Assembly: GCA_032718475.1 (NCBI GenBank)
Contig: JAUCBJ010009081.1
Location: 1 to 64,000, forward strand
Length of the DNA: 64,000 bases
Direction: 5' to 3'
DNA from: Nemertoderma westbladi
Taxonomy: Eukaryota; Animalia; Xenacoelomorpha
Shown here: positions 25,473-36,661 of the stretch, one piece after another
Layout of the letters: each line of letters starts with the position of its first letter
Position numbering within the stretch: position 1 is the first letter of the stretch
Notes under the pieces: model-generated
The model's database searches: none
What the model was told of the DNA's origin: nothing
The model's input: the letters and a program-made list of their open reading frames with translations, nothing else
Program-made: the position numbers and the translations under genes

Positions 25473-25776
25473 AACGTCCCGAAATTAATTTATGGACGTC
25501 CCGAAATTAACTTATGGACGTCCCGAAATTAACTATATGGACGTCCCGAAATTAACTTATGGACGTCCCGAAATTAACTATATGGACGTCCCGAAATTAA
25601 CTTATGGACGTCCCGAAATTAACTTATGGACGTCCATAAATTAATTTATGGACGTCCCGAAATTAATTTATGGACGTCCCGAAATTAATCTATCCACCAA
25701 TCTGAATCGTAATGAAATAACTAATTAATGGACGTCCATAAATTAATTTCGGGATGTTAATTTCGGAAATTAATTT
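25473..25776. repeat. 22/23-bp palindrome-rich minisatellite with an inverted terminal copy
   Basis: ggacgtcccgaaattaa(c/t)ttat about 10 times; GGACGTCC core; inverted copy at about 25728-25757. Confidence 0.85.
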
Positions 25777-25847
25777 GCAATAATATTTTTTTTATAATAA
25801 AAATTTTTTTTAATATTTTTTACAATGTATAATTCGCGGACACTGCG

Positions 25848-26258
25848 GGGTGACTACAAAACAAAGACCCAATTATAAAGACCTGCATAATCTTGTTACA
25901 TGTGTTAACTTTCGTTAATTGTTTTGAATCCCCCGTCACGCCTCTGTAACTTGCTCCTTTACTAACCTGCTCCTTTAAATAGCAATGGTACATAACGCTC
26001 ATTGTGACCTGTACAAAACAAAGAGGTAAAGTCGCGTTACGTCCCAAAGAGCGTTAGGTTCCAAAGAGCTTTAGGTCCCATTGCCAGAGAGCGTGAGGTC
26101 ACATCAGCACATTGCCATTTAAAGGAGCAGGTTAGTAAAGAAGCAGGTTAAAGAGGCGTGTTGGGGAACCAAAACAATAAACGAAAGTTAACACATGTGT
26201 TTTGTATTTGTACAGGTCTTTATTATTTGGGTCGTTGGTCTTTGTTTTGTAGTCACCC
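25848..26258. mobile_element. Mutator-like MITE, long imperfect TIRs, 9-bp TSD
   Basis: GGGTGACTACAAAACAAAGACC...GGTCTTTGTTTTGTAGTCACCC with about 140-bp arms, flanked by GACACTGCG at 25839-25847 and 26259-26267. Confidence 0.85.
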
Positions 26259-27383
26259 GACACTGCGGTGTTGCGTGGGGGCCACCAATCCACCCACCCA
26301 CACTCAACCTCCAACTTCCTGGACACTAGGATACTGAGTGAAAGCGTCTGAAACTACTACAGGAACTCCATGACAGACTATGGGCTAGCGACTAGGGACT
26401 GGCGCCCTTGAACATGTAAACTGTAGGGGCCTAGTACCTACTTTACCATCTACCTTAAAGTGACCTGTGGGACCAGCCCATTATTAGTGAGGTCGGCATT
26501 TCTCTTTATCCTGCCGCTCTCTTTGTATTACAATAGCATACAGCTAACCAATGGCAATGGTCTCCCCCCAGTGCGGGAAAGACAAGCAGGCTACCATTGA
26601 AATGAATAGGGGAAGGATAATATGGTGTGTTCGTGTTCCCATCCTAATGTCTGTCGTCTTGGCTCAGCTAAGCTTAAACAGAGCCACAGCCTTACAATAG
26701 AGTTTTACCTAAATACACTTCCAGTGAGCCAAGCAGTAGTGGCGGGTTAGCTCCAAAATGCCCATGTAGGATTTTTTCGAAAAAGGACCATCAATAATAG
26801 TCAACCCCATCTGCTTAAATTTGAAGAAAATAATTAGATAATAATACTCATAATTAAAACTATTACATAATTATTATAACTCTAGTAAACAAAACAATAT
26901 ATCATTCGGGGGATGGAATATATAGGTCATCTAATTAATTGTTTAAAGATTTAGCAAACAATACAGTGTAATTGAATTGATGAAATCCATAAATAAAACG
27001 TGGATACAAAATGTAAAATCGGGATGAAAAATATAAATTTCTGAGCTAAGAAAGGGAAATTGGATACTGTACAACTTGTCTGGATAAAAGCGGTCCTTTA
27101 CCTTACAAAATGAAAAATAAACGTGCGAAATGGGGGGTTGGGGAGGGAATGTCCGGAAATCGAAGACTTTTTATATCTGCCAACATCCTCGGCTTTACTT
27201 ACACTCAGCCTCTATTCACTGGCTGTGATTGACAAGCCAACTTGCCTCAGAAGTTCCTTTCATGAATGCCGCAATTTATATTTGGCCATTTTGGTCGTTT
27301 TGGCCGCAAAAATGACCAAGTTAATGTTTATTGGGATTGGGACTGTAGAATAGCCGCCTAATTTGAAATATAAATATAAATAC

Positions 27384-27525
27384 CTTCATATCCAGATGAA
27401 GAATGTTCCTTTCGTGCATAAACTTGGTACCTTCTAGAATTTGGATTAGGAAGAATATGCACATCCTTTCGGTTAGTTCAAACTCCTCGTCGATAACTCG
27501 TTCGAACAATTCGCCGCCTTCCAAC
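27384..27525 (-). CDS. MYLK: MLCK-type kinase exon 4 (subdomains V-VIb)
   Basis: ttcag|G TTG GAA: LEGGELFERVIDEEFELTERMCIFFLIQILEGTKFMHERNILHLDMK, donor AAG|GTATTT; phase 2-0. Confidence 0.95.
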
Positions 27526-28979
27526 CTGAAATAATAAGCAATTTAAGAAACACCGAACAAGTTTACTGGTTGAAATAATTTTTTTTAATGTGATTTATTG
27601 TGTGATACATGAAATATAAATATTCGATTTGCTCACAGATTGGTAGTGATGGCCACTTGGTGGCGGATAGCTTCGGTACCGGCACATGAAATAGGTGTGA
27701 AAACATAAGACACGAAGTGGGGCCTTCGCGCAACACGTGACTAACTCATGTTACGTGACAACTCGAAAGAATTATAAAAAAGATACATGTAGATGTTCCC
27801 TAATCACTTTACCACTTCGAGGGAGACTCGGTAACTGCAATGTTAACTTTAGAACTTTGTAATTGTTGATTTTATTATATGCAAATACAATAATAGTAGG
27901 GTTGCTGGCCTTATAACTGATAAATAGCCCCCGTGGTTAAATAATTATTTATTGCAAAATTTCACAATACAAATTGAAGTGAGTGATGAGGATCAATATA
28001 ATCACGCCACAACAATTATCTGTAAAAATTTCAATGTGTGCACTAACGTTCGTTACCACGCAACCGTTCCAAACATTTAAAATTCTTATTGTTATGTTAT
28101 GATACCAATTTATAGCTGCTCTAACTGTAACCTACTGTACCTACTGTACGTGCGTTCACATTCGATAGGTACCGAGACGGCTGGTATAACTTTTTTGAGT
28201 CCACGAAATATTTTAAATCTCATCAGAAATTTCACACTCATTTGTAAAACAAAAAGAGATGCAGTATTTTTTCATATACATGCAAGTACGCGCTTCGTAA
28301 TGTTAGAATACACTCACTCACTACTTTCGGCCGTCTAACAAAACCATAAAACCGAACCCCAATAGGGTCTGTTGACATTTTTAGCCGTGGGGAGCGTCAC
28401 CATAATACTATATTATATTTATAACCAAATCACCCAGGAAACTGTAAAATTGTTCTTTACACAGAATCATGTAAAAAGTATAGGGAAAGGAGAATATGTC
28501 CCCTGGTATGTCAACGCGGCGATATGGAAACCTGGCTTCTTCTGGGGGAGTAAAGAAAAAGGGTTGGATATTTACAGAGTGTTCACCCTTTGGGAGTTAG
28601 TGTGAAGACCTCCCTGCCTTATCCTTATAGGTAACAGCCAAGAGAGAGGAGCCTTCGTGTTGCGTCCGATGTTTCGTGTTTCACACGTTCACCAATAACT
28701 TCGTATGAAAGCGTATCTCATGCAGTGCACTACAGTCGTGCACTATTCTTCGACGTTCTGACTGCTGGCTGACCTTGAACCCAGCAGTGTATGATCTTAT
28801 TCTATCATTCTATGTCACTCAAATAACATGTATTTATGTTTTGTATGGTAAACATTATCTCTCTTACTCCCGAGGGAATATAATATTTATTGTGCACTGA
28901 ATGTAGTTATGGCAAATTTATCACGTACTGTCTGTGCATACACATTATAAAATTAGCAAAATTATAAAGAGTCATGTAC

Positions 28980-30218
28980 TTATTTCGTTACTTCGACACC
29001 ATTCCGTATGTGAGGTATGTAACTTTCTTTGTTTCGATATATGGGAAGTCTTTCTTGCGATACCCATTGCTGAAACCAATTAGGGAATTTATCCTCATGT
29101 AAATTAATATAAGATGATGCCGATGTGGATGCTGATTGGCTGGAGTTGGCAGCTGATTGATCCCTGGACTGTTTGCGGAAATGAACGTGTTTCTTATGGT
29201 TAAGGGGGATTTCAACTTCCCTTAGTATTTTCCCTGTGACGGAGGAATGTTTCTGAGGAAAACGTTTCAGTTTCGGTATGTCGATAACGTTGTGGCAGGC
29301 AAACGTCAACTCACGGTCGTTTCTCTTCGGAAACAGAACCGCTTCTATTAATCCCGGCGGTAGTTCGGGTTCGCGTAACACTAACTCGTCGTCACTCAAC
29401 CCCGATGGTTCCTCGGCGACAGAGGGTATGTTACTTGCGTTCGCCTTACCGTCAGCCTCTGTGTTGTTCGCCACTCCTCGCTTCCGATTTTTAGGAGAAA
29501 CATTAACAGCATCGTTTGGATTCTTAAACCAGTTGTTGAACGCCAAATCGCCTTCCGATTTGCGAATGACCCGTTTCGACACTTCGATATCATCCAATAG
29601 TTCTTCCTGGTAGTTTTTAATAGATTTTAGGTATTGAATATCATTTTGTTTTTTATTGTTTGCCAGCTGCCACTCGGCGTGCGCCAAGGCGCGAGCGCAA
29701 TCCCTGTGGCCCCACAACCGCGCCAAATCGACGGGAAGATGACCCCGTAGGTCTCTCCGATCGATCCGACCCCGAGATTTAATGATCTCTTCGAGGCAGT
29801 GAAGGTGTCCCTCCTGGGCAGCCTGGTGGGCGGGGCTGGTTCCATCTTCATTGCTAAGACTAGTATCCGATCCATTCTCCAATAGGTAATGACATATTTT
29901 GTAGGCGTTCCTACCGGTTTGATTGTTTATACACAGGAGTAGAGCCGTCCACCCGTTGGCGCTAGGTTGGTTCACATCGGCGCGGCATTCATCCACAAGG
30001 TACTCGACACACGCGTAACGCCCTTGTAACGCGGCCAGATGTAACACTGTCATTCCGTTCTTGTCCAACAGTGTGCTTTTCTCCTGGTCTCCGTTCATAC
30101 ACGATCGTAGCCACTTCAGATCGCCGACTCCCGCTGCCATGAATATATCCTCGCTGCCGCGTTTCTTTCGCCGTGTCGTCGACGGCAGTGACGGGGTTAC
30201 TTGTTTTAACTCGGCCAT
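28980..30218 (-). CDS. ANKRD53: Ankyrin-repeat protein, ANKRD53-like, intronless, nested in a kinase intron
   Basis: 412-aa ORF with about 4 ankyrin repeats. GHLPVDLARLWGHRDCARALAHAEWQ resembles ANKRD53 (GYKPIDFCKIWNHRACARFLKDAMWK, recalled from memory). Confidence 0.8.
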   Translation of the reverse strand: MAELKQVTPSLPSTTRRKKRGSEDIFMAAGVGDLKWLRSCMNGDQEKSTLLDKNGMTVLHLAALQGRYACVEYLVDECRADVNQPSANGWTALLLCINNQTGRNAYKICHYLLENGSDTSLSNEDGTSPAHQAAQEGHLHCLEEIIKSRGRIDRRDLRGHLPVDLARLWGHRDCARALAHAEWQLANNKKQNDIQYLKSIKNYQEELLDDIEVSKRVIRKSEGDLAFNNWFKNPNDAVNVSPKNRKRGVANNTEADGKANASNIPSVAEEPSGLSDDELVLREPELPPGLIEAVLFPKRNDRELTFACHNVIDIPKLKRFPQKHSSVTGKILREVEIPLNHKKHVHFRKQSRDQSAANSSQSASTSASSYINLHEDKFPNWFQQWVSQERLPIYRNKESYIPHIRNGVEVTK

Positions 30219-31551
30219 CGTATTAACTGGATGGGGTTGAACGAACTGTTTTGGAAATTATAATATAACATAAAGTATAATGTGTATGGTGGGTAATTAT
30301 TATATTAGTGTATTACTATTAAAGTTTCAGATGATATTTTTTTGAAAATTTATTCAAATATAAAATACACTTTACTTTATTTATTTGTATTTAATTTTAA
30401 ATTAATTATTTATTTGTACTTTATTTTAAATTAATTAATTGTATCTTAGCTTTATAGATTGATAGATAGGTTTAAACAATAGATTTAAAACATAAATAAA
30501 CACTAATTAATATACTTGCTATGAATGAATTCAAGTTTTATTCATTTTGAATATTTCTTATTTCATATCTTATTTGTATTCTGTATATCATTTTAGTTTG
30601 AAGTTTCACTTAAGGCGATTGTTTTTATAGTGCGCTCACCAATAAACGTAACTTATGAGTGTGTTGAGTAATTTAAAATATTATACTTTTTTATGTTTGA
30701 CAATTTATTTACAAATAATAAAAAGTATGTTAAGTTAACTTAACGTTAAGTATATCAAAATAAAAGTTCGGGCCTACACCAACACCAGTAATAATGATAA
30801 TAAAACGTTTAATGTGAGATGGGAGATGGCCCAGTGTAGTTTCAAATTTATTTTAAGTTTTACATGTAAATTTAAATATTATATTATTATTGTAATGAAA
30901 AAAAAAACAGTACGATTTGGAGATAAATAATATGTTGGTATCATTTCATTTAGTATAAATAGGGTTACGTTGAATGTATTTGGCAGTGAAAAAAATTAGC
31001 TTAACTTTGTTTATAATAGTTGCTAGGCAACATCCACAGAACCGTACAATAAAGTAAAGGTTTGCTTTTAATATTTACAGCATATTGATATCTTTATGAT
31101 GTAAGCTGTTCAACTATATCAACCGATATATTATATATCATATGAAATTGAGAAAAATAGAAATAAGAAAAAGAAAATTACCCCATGAATTACAACTTAA
31201 TATTTAATGCTGAATTAATTCAACATTTTCCATTCGTTATTCTTCAGGTGCCAACAATGTTATTGCACTTATTTTTATCGTGGCCTCTCTCAAATTGTCT
31301 TTCTATCTCATGTGTCTATCTCTATGACCTGCTCCGGTATGTGACAGGACAGAAATCTTGTAATTTGCTTCATAAGGAGTGCAGCCATTCAGGACACTGT
31401 CTATATTGTATCGAAGCAAACGACACAGGTGTTATCGCCAGGGCGAGGATCGGTTGGGGGGATGGCCTGCGGGTTGGTGCGAGGGGGGTCGGGGCCTTGA
31501 GGGACGGAGAGCGGGCGAAAAACGGATGGTTTCGAGGGGACTGGGGCCCTA

Positions 31552-31760
31552 GGGGGGCACTGCAGACCCAGAGGGGGCGGTGGGACGCGACACTGCAGAC
31601 CCAGAGGGGGCGGTGAGATGCGACACTGCAGACCCAGCACCCAGAGAGGCGGTGGGACGCGACACTGCAGACCCAGAGGGGGCGGTGAGATGCGACACTG
31701 CAGACCCAGCACCCAGAGAGGGGGCGGTGGGACGCGACACTGCAGACTCAGAGGGGCGTG
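31552..31760. repeat. GC-rich minisatellite, about 33/39-bp units
   Basis: gacactgcagaccca(gcaccca)gagggggcggtg(gg/ag)a(c/t)gc about 6 times. Confidence 0.85.
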
Positions 31761-31804
31761 AAGCGGGGGAAGGCGAGCGTTTGATCCGTTTCTTTGAATA
31801 CACA

Positions 31805-31960
31805 TTTCTCAGGAGGTCGTGGGTTCGATCCCCTCAGGCTGACAAGGGCAGAAACTATCCGATCTACGACAGTCCGGCACGTTAGCTGAGACGGAAGTTG
31901 GTCGCAGCTGTTGGAACTAATTAATGTTTATGTAACTGAACCATTAACCAATGGATTATT
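31805..31960 (+). mobile_element. Possible tRNA-derived SINE fragment
   Basis: Pol III B-box-like GGTCGTGGGTTCGATCCC at about 31814-31832; no clear A box. Confidence 0.4.
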
Positions 31961-33622
31961 CCATCAGGAGTCTCTTAGAGAGGAGTCTCCTCACTGTTGA
32001 GAGGAAGTCCCATTTATTTAAAGCTGCACTCGTTTATATTACTTGATATGTAATTTTAATTAATAACCATTTAATCTTAAAAAGACGTATAATCTAACAC
32101 CTTATACGAGTGCAAGGCGTTTAACCATCCGAGCGTTATCGAGTAATTTTAATAGGGTCGATAAATGTAATCTTAATCTTAGTAACCTTTCCAGAGTGGA
32201 AAGGTTTACCGTGGAAGATCATTCTTTGGCCTAACTAACCTAAACGATTCTTCCATTCAAATGTAAACTTATTAAGTGAGCTAGATTACGACTTGGATTC
32301 GATATAATTTTATTTATATTATATATTTATTAAAACAAAAAGTTTAATGATAAATTAAAAATTAAATTTCAATTATCTCTAATGATTTTAATTGATTGTA
32401 GCAAGAGTACTTCGGGATGTGAGGTAGGCCTCGCCTACTGTTGCACCGGTACAGTATACAGCTCGCCAATAAAATGAAAGTAAGTGGTGGGTGACCGGTT
32501 GACCTGTATCGGGTCTACCGGAAATGGGTCTAACTCGTGTGATGATGAGTCCTATGTACGCCACTGGTATCCCACCCGCCGTAAAAGTTACTCGCGCAAT
32601 CGCCGTATAAAGATATATTGTGCATCCCTTTTTTACCTACATGGCTACATGTTACATAATATTTCCATCTTCGAATAAAATAGTAAATATAATAATTCAA
32701 ACGTACCAGATGTTATCTGAATTCTGGCAGACTAATTATCCTCACGTGACTACTGTAGTAAAGTAATGAATATTTTTTCAACATCGTTAACTGCCCATCT
32801 ATGATGTTTTTGTCGAATTATTGATTATTTTTTGGAGACTAATTTCCAAGCGTCGGCGTGTTACCATTAATGCCACTGCGGGCTGTTGGGGGGTCATTTA
32901 CCACCCGTTAGGGTAACAAACTGCGGGTGAACCACGACAATAACTACCTGAAACATGTTAGTTTAATAATGGGTGAGAATACTCACCCAGGTTCATACAG
33001 GTACATAGGCTTATATCTATGATTTCTAAAGGGAAGACCTATCGCTACATTCACATTAATAACCAACGATGAAACCGGAAATTTCTTTGACACATTGTCC
33101 CGTCGCGTCGGGATCTAAATTCTAAAGTCCCCCGAGATCTAAAGTCTCCAACCCGCTCCCTAAGTATCGGGTAGCGAAGAGAGACGATAGATATCTTAAT
33201 AGAGATGTGCAAATGTTTTAGATCTACAACTAACGACGCCCATCCCTGTCTATTCTAACTGCTCCGTCCATTGTAGAACCATTCTGTTATGTATTATCTG
33301 TCTGTAGGAATGAGCAAACTGTACTGAGATTGGTTTAGCATTTGGTTATGATTTAGTATGTGTTGGGACATTAGTACCCGTCTATAATGGGCAACTTAGT
33401 GTAGCGGCTACTAAATATGTTCTAGGTAAGGGCGTCACAATCCGTGGACGTGGCTTCCTGGACTTTACGAATTAACATCACCCGCTTAATAGGATCTACA
33501 GTAGCACGGGGGGGGGGGGGGGGGGGGGGGTGTAGTTGGGAACAAGCAAAGTATCCTTAATCGTTCCCTCGATTCAGTAATTCCATCACACCGATTTGCT
33601 CGTTTCTGTAATTGGTGTGAGA

Positions 33623-33691
33623 TAAAGTCCCACTTTATTTATTAGGGCCTATTATATAAAGTCCCACTTTATATATTAGGGCCTATTATAT
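33623..33691. repeat. 34-bp tandem duplication
   Basis: taaagtcccacttta(t/a)ttattagggcctattata, two near-identical copies. Confidence 0.8.
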
Positions 33692-34432
33692 ACCGATGCG
33701 CCATATACATTTTGTTATGGAAATACGCGTAAATATATAATATATATCAAGCAAAGCAAACAGTCGGCCGAGGCTGGAGGCGACCGGAAGGCTCCTCTTT
33801 CGATAGCTAATACCCGAAGATCGGGGTGGGCGCTACTCATACTGTATACCCTGTTATATTGTTAATGCTAAATTAATTGTTAATCGCTAATCCATAAAAA
33901 CAGTTTTTATCATTTAGTTTGGATTATTTAGTTTTAATAACTATTTATCACTATAACTATATATACCGGTAATATTGTAATTGCTGATTCTAGTTGTACG
34001 TTTTTTGCTTTAATGAAAAACAATTTAATTTTAAATTAATAATAAGAATGCTATGCAGACACTAAGATCCTACCATTAGCGGTATGAGTCTGACATCGCT
34101 GCATTACCGGGATATTACAGAGATATTTTTGTCCGAGGGCACTTGATACTTGATCTCGCGGGTACTAAAGTCTACCAATCATTCTACTGTAAATTGTGCA
34201 CCTTTCTAGACTTTCGCATTGAATTGAGATGCAAAGTGTCAAACAATATAATTCTTTCTATGTGGCGGGATTAAATGTAATTAATGCCGTAAACACCGTA
34301 AAGAGACACATTTATATGCAAGAACTCTGAGGTTTTATAATAAATATAAAGCATTAAATATATGGAAAACTAAGATTAATTAATATTAGCCGCATTCATC
34401 TCGGCTGACTCACGGAAATATTTGGTGATGTC

Positions 34433-34541
34433 GGCTGAGTGAGTAGGCTGATGTCTGCTGAGTGAGTAGGCTGATGTCTGGTGAGTGAGTAGGCTGATGT
34501 CTGCTGAGTGAGTAGGCTGATGTCTGCTGAGTGAGTAGGCC
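34433..34541. repeat. 23-bp minisatellite, about 4.7 copies
   Basis: gctgagtgagtaggctgatgtct repeated. Confidence 0.88.
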
Positions 34542-34664
34542 TAGTGGTTGTTTAACGCGAACAATCCAATAAAACTTCCAGACTCCTCCAGTTGCCATAC
34601 GGATTAGTTCGAAGTTATAAATCAATGAAGAACTCCTAAACTACTATAAATCAGTCTCACTCAC

Positions 34665-34868
34665 ATTTCCAATATAAGAATAATTTCCTTTTTATATTTG
34701 AAGGCGTCGTAAAGCTGCAGCAGTCTGGGATGTTGTAATTCTTTCATTATCTCGATCTCATTAATACAGGCCTTAATTTCGTTTTGATCCATCGTTTGAA
34801 TGAATTTCGCGGCTAAAATTTTACCCCCTTTTTTTTCTTTTGCTCGGTGTACAGCTCCAAATTTCCCT
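34665..34868 (-). CDS. MYLK: MLCK-type kinase exon 3 (Gly loop, catalytic Lys, helix C); not in the ORF track
   Basis: ttgcag|A GGG AAA TTT GGA: GKFGAVHRAKEKKGGKILAAKFIQTMDQNEIKACINEIEIMKELQHPRLLQLYDAFKYKKEIILILE, donor AT|GTGAGT; phase 2-2. Confidence 0.95.
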
Positions 34869-35210
34869 CTGCAACAAACGCAATACCGGTCAGAATATTA
34901 GGTGTGTCCAGATGTCCTATAATGTTGGATATGCCACTCATGTTACCAACTATATAAGCAATGATGTGTTCTACATTTATACGGTTCCAACTACCGTGTA
35001 ATATCACTATTTAATAAAGGAATCCACTCACTGCTTCCGCCGGCATGTTCTGAGCCTGTTCCTAATATGTAATAATGTATATCATATAATAATATCTAAT
35101 ATAGTGCCTTTGTTTCCGGGTCTGCTGCCATTGTACCATTATTTAGACCGAACATAATAGGTTATGTAAATAAAAAAATTATAATATTATTGTTAATAAA
35201 ATTATTGTAC

Positions 35211-35331
35211 CTTCCCAATTCCTCCATAACTTCATATATGTCTTTATACGGTACATCGTTGTGCAAAACCACCTTACGGACTTCGAAAGGGGCCTCTACC
35301 TCGGCGAGATCATCAAACTCACCAGGAGCAG
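35211..35331 (-). CDS. MYLK: MLCK-type kinase exon 2
   Basis: ttcag|CT GCT CCT: APGEFDDLAEVEAPFEVRKVVLHNDVPYKDIYEVMEELG, donor AG|GTACAA; phase 1-2, joins to give ELGRGKFG. Confidence 0.9.
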
Positions 35332-36394
35332 CTGAAATAGGAAACACAAATGCAAAGTAAACATATAAAATCGAAATAAATAAATGATGTAACAATGTTT
35401 GAGGATACACTCCGTATTAAATAATATGATAAAAACGCTTGGTGTGATTTAATTTTGCGTTGCGTCTTTAAGTACAGTACAGTAGTCGCCAGTCGCTTAT
35501 TCCTGCGATTGAGTTTCTGAAAGTTGCATTTTAGAGTGCGATAAGAAGCTGGGTTTATTACAATAACTAATTAATGGGACAATAATTAATAATAATATGA
35601 ACTAGGACTTAGCCCATAGTTTTAATTAATGTTGTAGAAGAAAGGATAATAGTAATATTTATAATGTGTGACGGGGGGTTGGGTGGGGCTCTGCCGCAAT
35701 CAAACAATCTCCATGCAAATAACAGCTGATCACTCCGAAAAAATAGGATTTGGGTCAACACACCACCCCCCCCCCCCCCCCCCCCCCCCTCTCCTGTCGC
35801 AATATATAAAGTGAAGGTTTTTTTGGTGGGCTTGTTAGAAGTTATATAATATTTTGTTATATATACAAAATATAATACTGCGCGGATTTGATGAGCCCAG
35901 CGGGTTAAACACCTTGACATCCATGACCTTTACCATTACAATTACAATTACCATTATCATTTCATCATTTCATTTCATTACTTCAGGTCGCTTAGCAGAT
36001 TAATGTGGACGTTCTGGACAAAAGTACCATAAATGGCCCAGGTGTAGTAATAATTTAGTTTTCGTTTTTCCACACGAAACCAATTTTACAACATAATTTA
36101 TAGGAGGTCTTTATTGTTTGGTCTTTATTTGTTTATGGAAACCAATATGCATACATTATGTAACAGCTGGTAGCTTCTTAGTAGGAGATGTTGGTCTATC
36201 AGACCGTTTGCTACATTATTTCATAAAACAGACCAATTATATACTAATATAAACGAACCCCTCTAATGCACCAGGCAACAATGCATATATGTTTCGGTAT
36301 TGATAGGATATTATATAACATAGGACGAGTGTATATTGTTAAATTCATTCAACGAAAGATTTTATTCTATATTGTTTGCCGTAACTCTACAATA

Positions 36395-36505
36395 ATGCTA
36401 AAGGCAACTATTATTCTAGTTTTAGCTCTGGCAGCAGTAGTTTTACCTGTGGAGAGACTTGGAGAGAACATTGGCGACTCAAACAAAATGGTTGAAAGAA
36501 ACAAT
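36395..36505 (+). CDS. Exon 1 (signal peptide) of the double fibrinogen-domain gene
   Basis: MLKATIILVLALAAVVLP hydrophobic leader; donor AAT|GTTAGT in phase 0 matches the phase-0 acceptor at 48684. Confidence 0.65.
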
Positions 36506-36661
36506 GTTAGTTTGTTTTTAAGGCAGATTTATCATATGTATAATTATTTGTTGTAAGTGATACATGCATGCATAGAGTCTGCTAGTAAGACATAAGAACA
36601 CACAACGAAATATTTTCTCTGCATTAGTATACTATGTAAGATAAGAGAGATCATATCACAC

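Larger units (their letters stand above)
25131..27345. mobile_element. Non-autonomous Tc1/mariner-type element, about 65-bp TIRs, TA target duplication
   Basis: TA|CAGTCCCAATCCCAATAAACATTAACTTGGTC at the left end, GACCAAGTTAATGTTTATTGGGATTGGGACTG|TA at the right end. No transposase ORF. Confidence 0.85.

Noticed and set aside
31810-31835. tRNA gene
   Set aside because: Only a B-box-like motif; no cloverleaf or A box.
31185-31885. Overlapping ORFs of 84-143 aa
   Set aside because: Generated by the GC-rich minisatellite.
34813-35007. 64-aa minus-strand ORF
   Set aside because: Wrong frame; the real kinase exon 34665-34868 uses another frame.
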